The notes beneath the pieces are model-generated. The model saw only the letters and a program-made list of their open reading frames with translations, made no database searches and was not told the origin of the DNA. Below are positions 62,686 through 64,000 of a DNA stretch of 64,000 nt, piece after piece (position 1 is the stretch's first letter; each line of letters starts with the position of its first letter). Source of the stretch: Octopus bimaculoides. Taxonomy: Eukaryota. The stretch covers positions 12,814,432 through 12,878,431 of the forward strand of contig NC_069002.1 in assembly GCF_001194135.2 (NCBI RefSeq), read 5' to 3'. The position numbers were made by a program, and so were the translations under genes.

Positions 62686-63877
62686 AACTATTATCATCAT
62701 CATGGTAAGGCTGCTAGCTGGCAGAATTGTTAGCATGCCAGACAAAATGCTTAGCAACATTTCGTCTGTCTTTATGTTTTAAGTTCAAATTCTGCCAAGG
62801 TTAACTTTGCCTTTCATCCTTTCAGAGTCAGTAAAATAAGTACCAATTGAGCACTGGGGTTGATGTAATCAACTTACCCTGCTCCCACAAAATTGCCAAC
62901 CTTGTGCCAAAATATGAAACTATTATTATTATCTGCTTATACTGGCAACTGTGATACATTAGGGGCAGAGGAGGGAGGTGACAGTTTTTTGTTGGCTTAA
63001 ATACTTCCAAAAGAAGACTAATGTTGTTAATCCTCACTATATCTTCTGCTATCTTTTGTTGTGTATATTTTAAGGCCAACCTCAGTAAATTTACAAATGT
63101 ATGCTCAATAATAAAAAATTAGTTCCTAGCTGCCATCCATATTCTTCTGATGTTTCTACAATTTTCTTCACTTAATTCTTTCAGTTTGAGTGGTAAAATG
63201 TTATGTCATGTGTTCTTTATTCAGGGTTAAACATTGATATTCAGGAACAGTATTAGACCTGAAGTAGTTTATCTTCTCCCTCTGTCACTTTCCCCCTGTC
63301 TTACTGTTGGTTGTACATTCTGATTTAGTTTGTAGTGATGGATCTCTGAAGGTAATGTTAGTGAGGTACATTCCTGCTCTTTACTCAATAGAACTATCCC
63401 CTACTTATTGTAAGAGATTCCATATTCCACAGACAATTGTACCCTTAATATTTGGCAGGTTCAGCATGATACTGTGACAGGAATTGGCCCTTTGAATTGC
63501 AGGTACACTCCACCTAACAAGGACTATGGTAGAAGGCACTGCCCAAAGTAGAGCTGTGTAGGATAAATCTAGAGACCACACGATTGTGAAACAAAATTCA
63601 TCATCATTCAATCACATGTCTATGCTCCCTTATTTGATGAAATTGGGGTATTATTGAGCATTGTGGTAGTTAGCATGTATCTTTGATGTTAATGAAATAT
63701 GGGGCAAATGTTAGCTTTCATACTCACCTGGAGACGACAAGGGTAAATAGCTAAATACCTTCACTGAGATTCTGTGTTTATGGACTTGCAGGCTGATCCA
63801 TCCGAAGCCGGTTTGGAAAGATGAAACAAAAGAAAAATCTTAACCTAAAACCAAAGTGATTAAAACAATTCCATCAT

Positions 63878-64000
63878 CATCATCATCATCGTTGTCGTTT
63901 AACGTCTGCTTTCCATGCTAGCATGGGTTGGAGGATTTGACTGAGGACTGGTGGACCAGGAGGCGACACCAGGCTCCAATCTGATTTGGCAGAGTTTCTA
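63878..64000 (-). mobile_element. Retroposon family D, runs off the window end
   Basis: Same family. Confidence 0.8.

Noticed and set aside
63718-63735. ATACTCACCTGG resembling the U1 snRNA 5' end
   Set aside because: The rest of U1 is absent. It is the reverse complement of a donor-like site, with no supporting gene model.

Overview
AT-rich, intron-rich animal genomic DNA, dense in microsatellites and SINEs, with several N gaps. The repeat landscape looks like an octopus scaffold (inference). Five spliced genes were reconstructed by hand from GT-AG boundaries and exon phases. (1) UNG, last two exons, + strand, 831-1814. (2) LSM1, complete, 4 exons, - strand, 14541-6095, 135 aa. (3) An 11-coding-exon, 431-aa cytochrome P450 related to CYP26/CYP16, + strand, 23462-37007, with no N-terminal membrane anchor and no canonical I-helix acid-Thr pair. 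(4) A 6-exon, 430-aa THAP zinc-finger gene, - strand, 51478-44565. (5) The 5' part of a p24-alpha gene (TMED9/TMED4-like), + strand, starting 145 nt from the THAP start codon. The main finding is that this p24 gene has two homologous 116-nt copies of exon 2 (59655-59770 and 61447-61562). They have identical splice phases, including both creates a premature stop, and together they look like mutually exclusive exons that vary the GOLD domain. The remainder is tRNA-derived SINE families, RTE LINE fragments, a deleted mariner, MITEs, a telomere-repeat palindrome and simple repeats.
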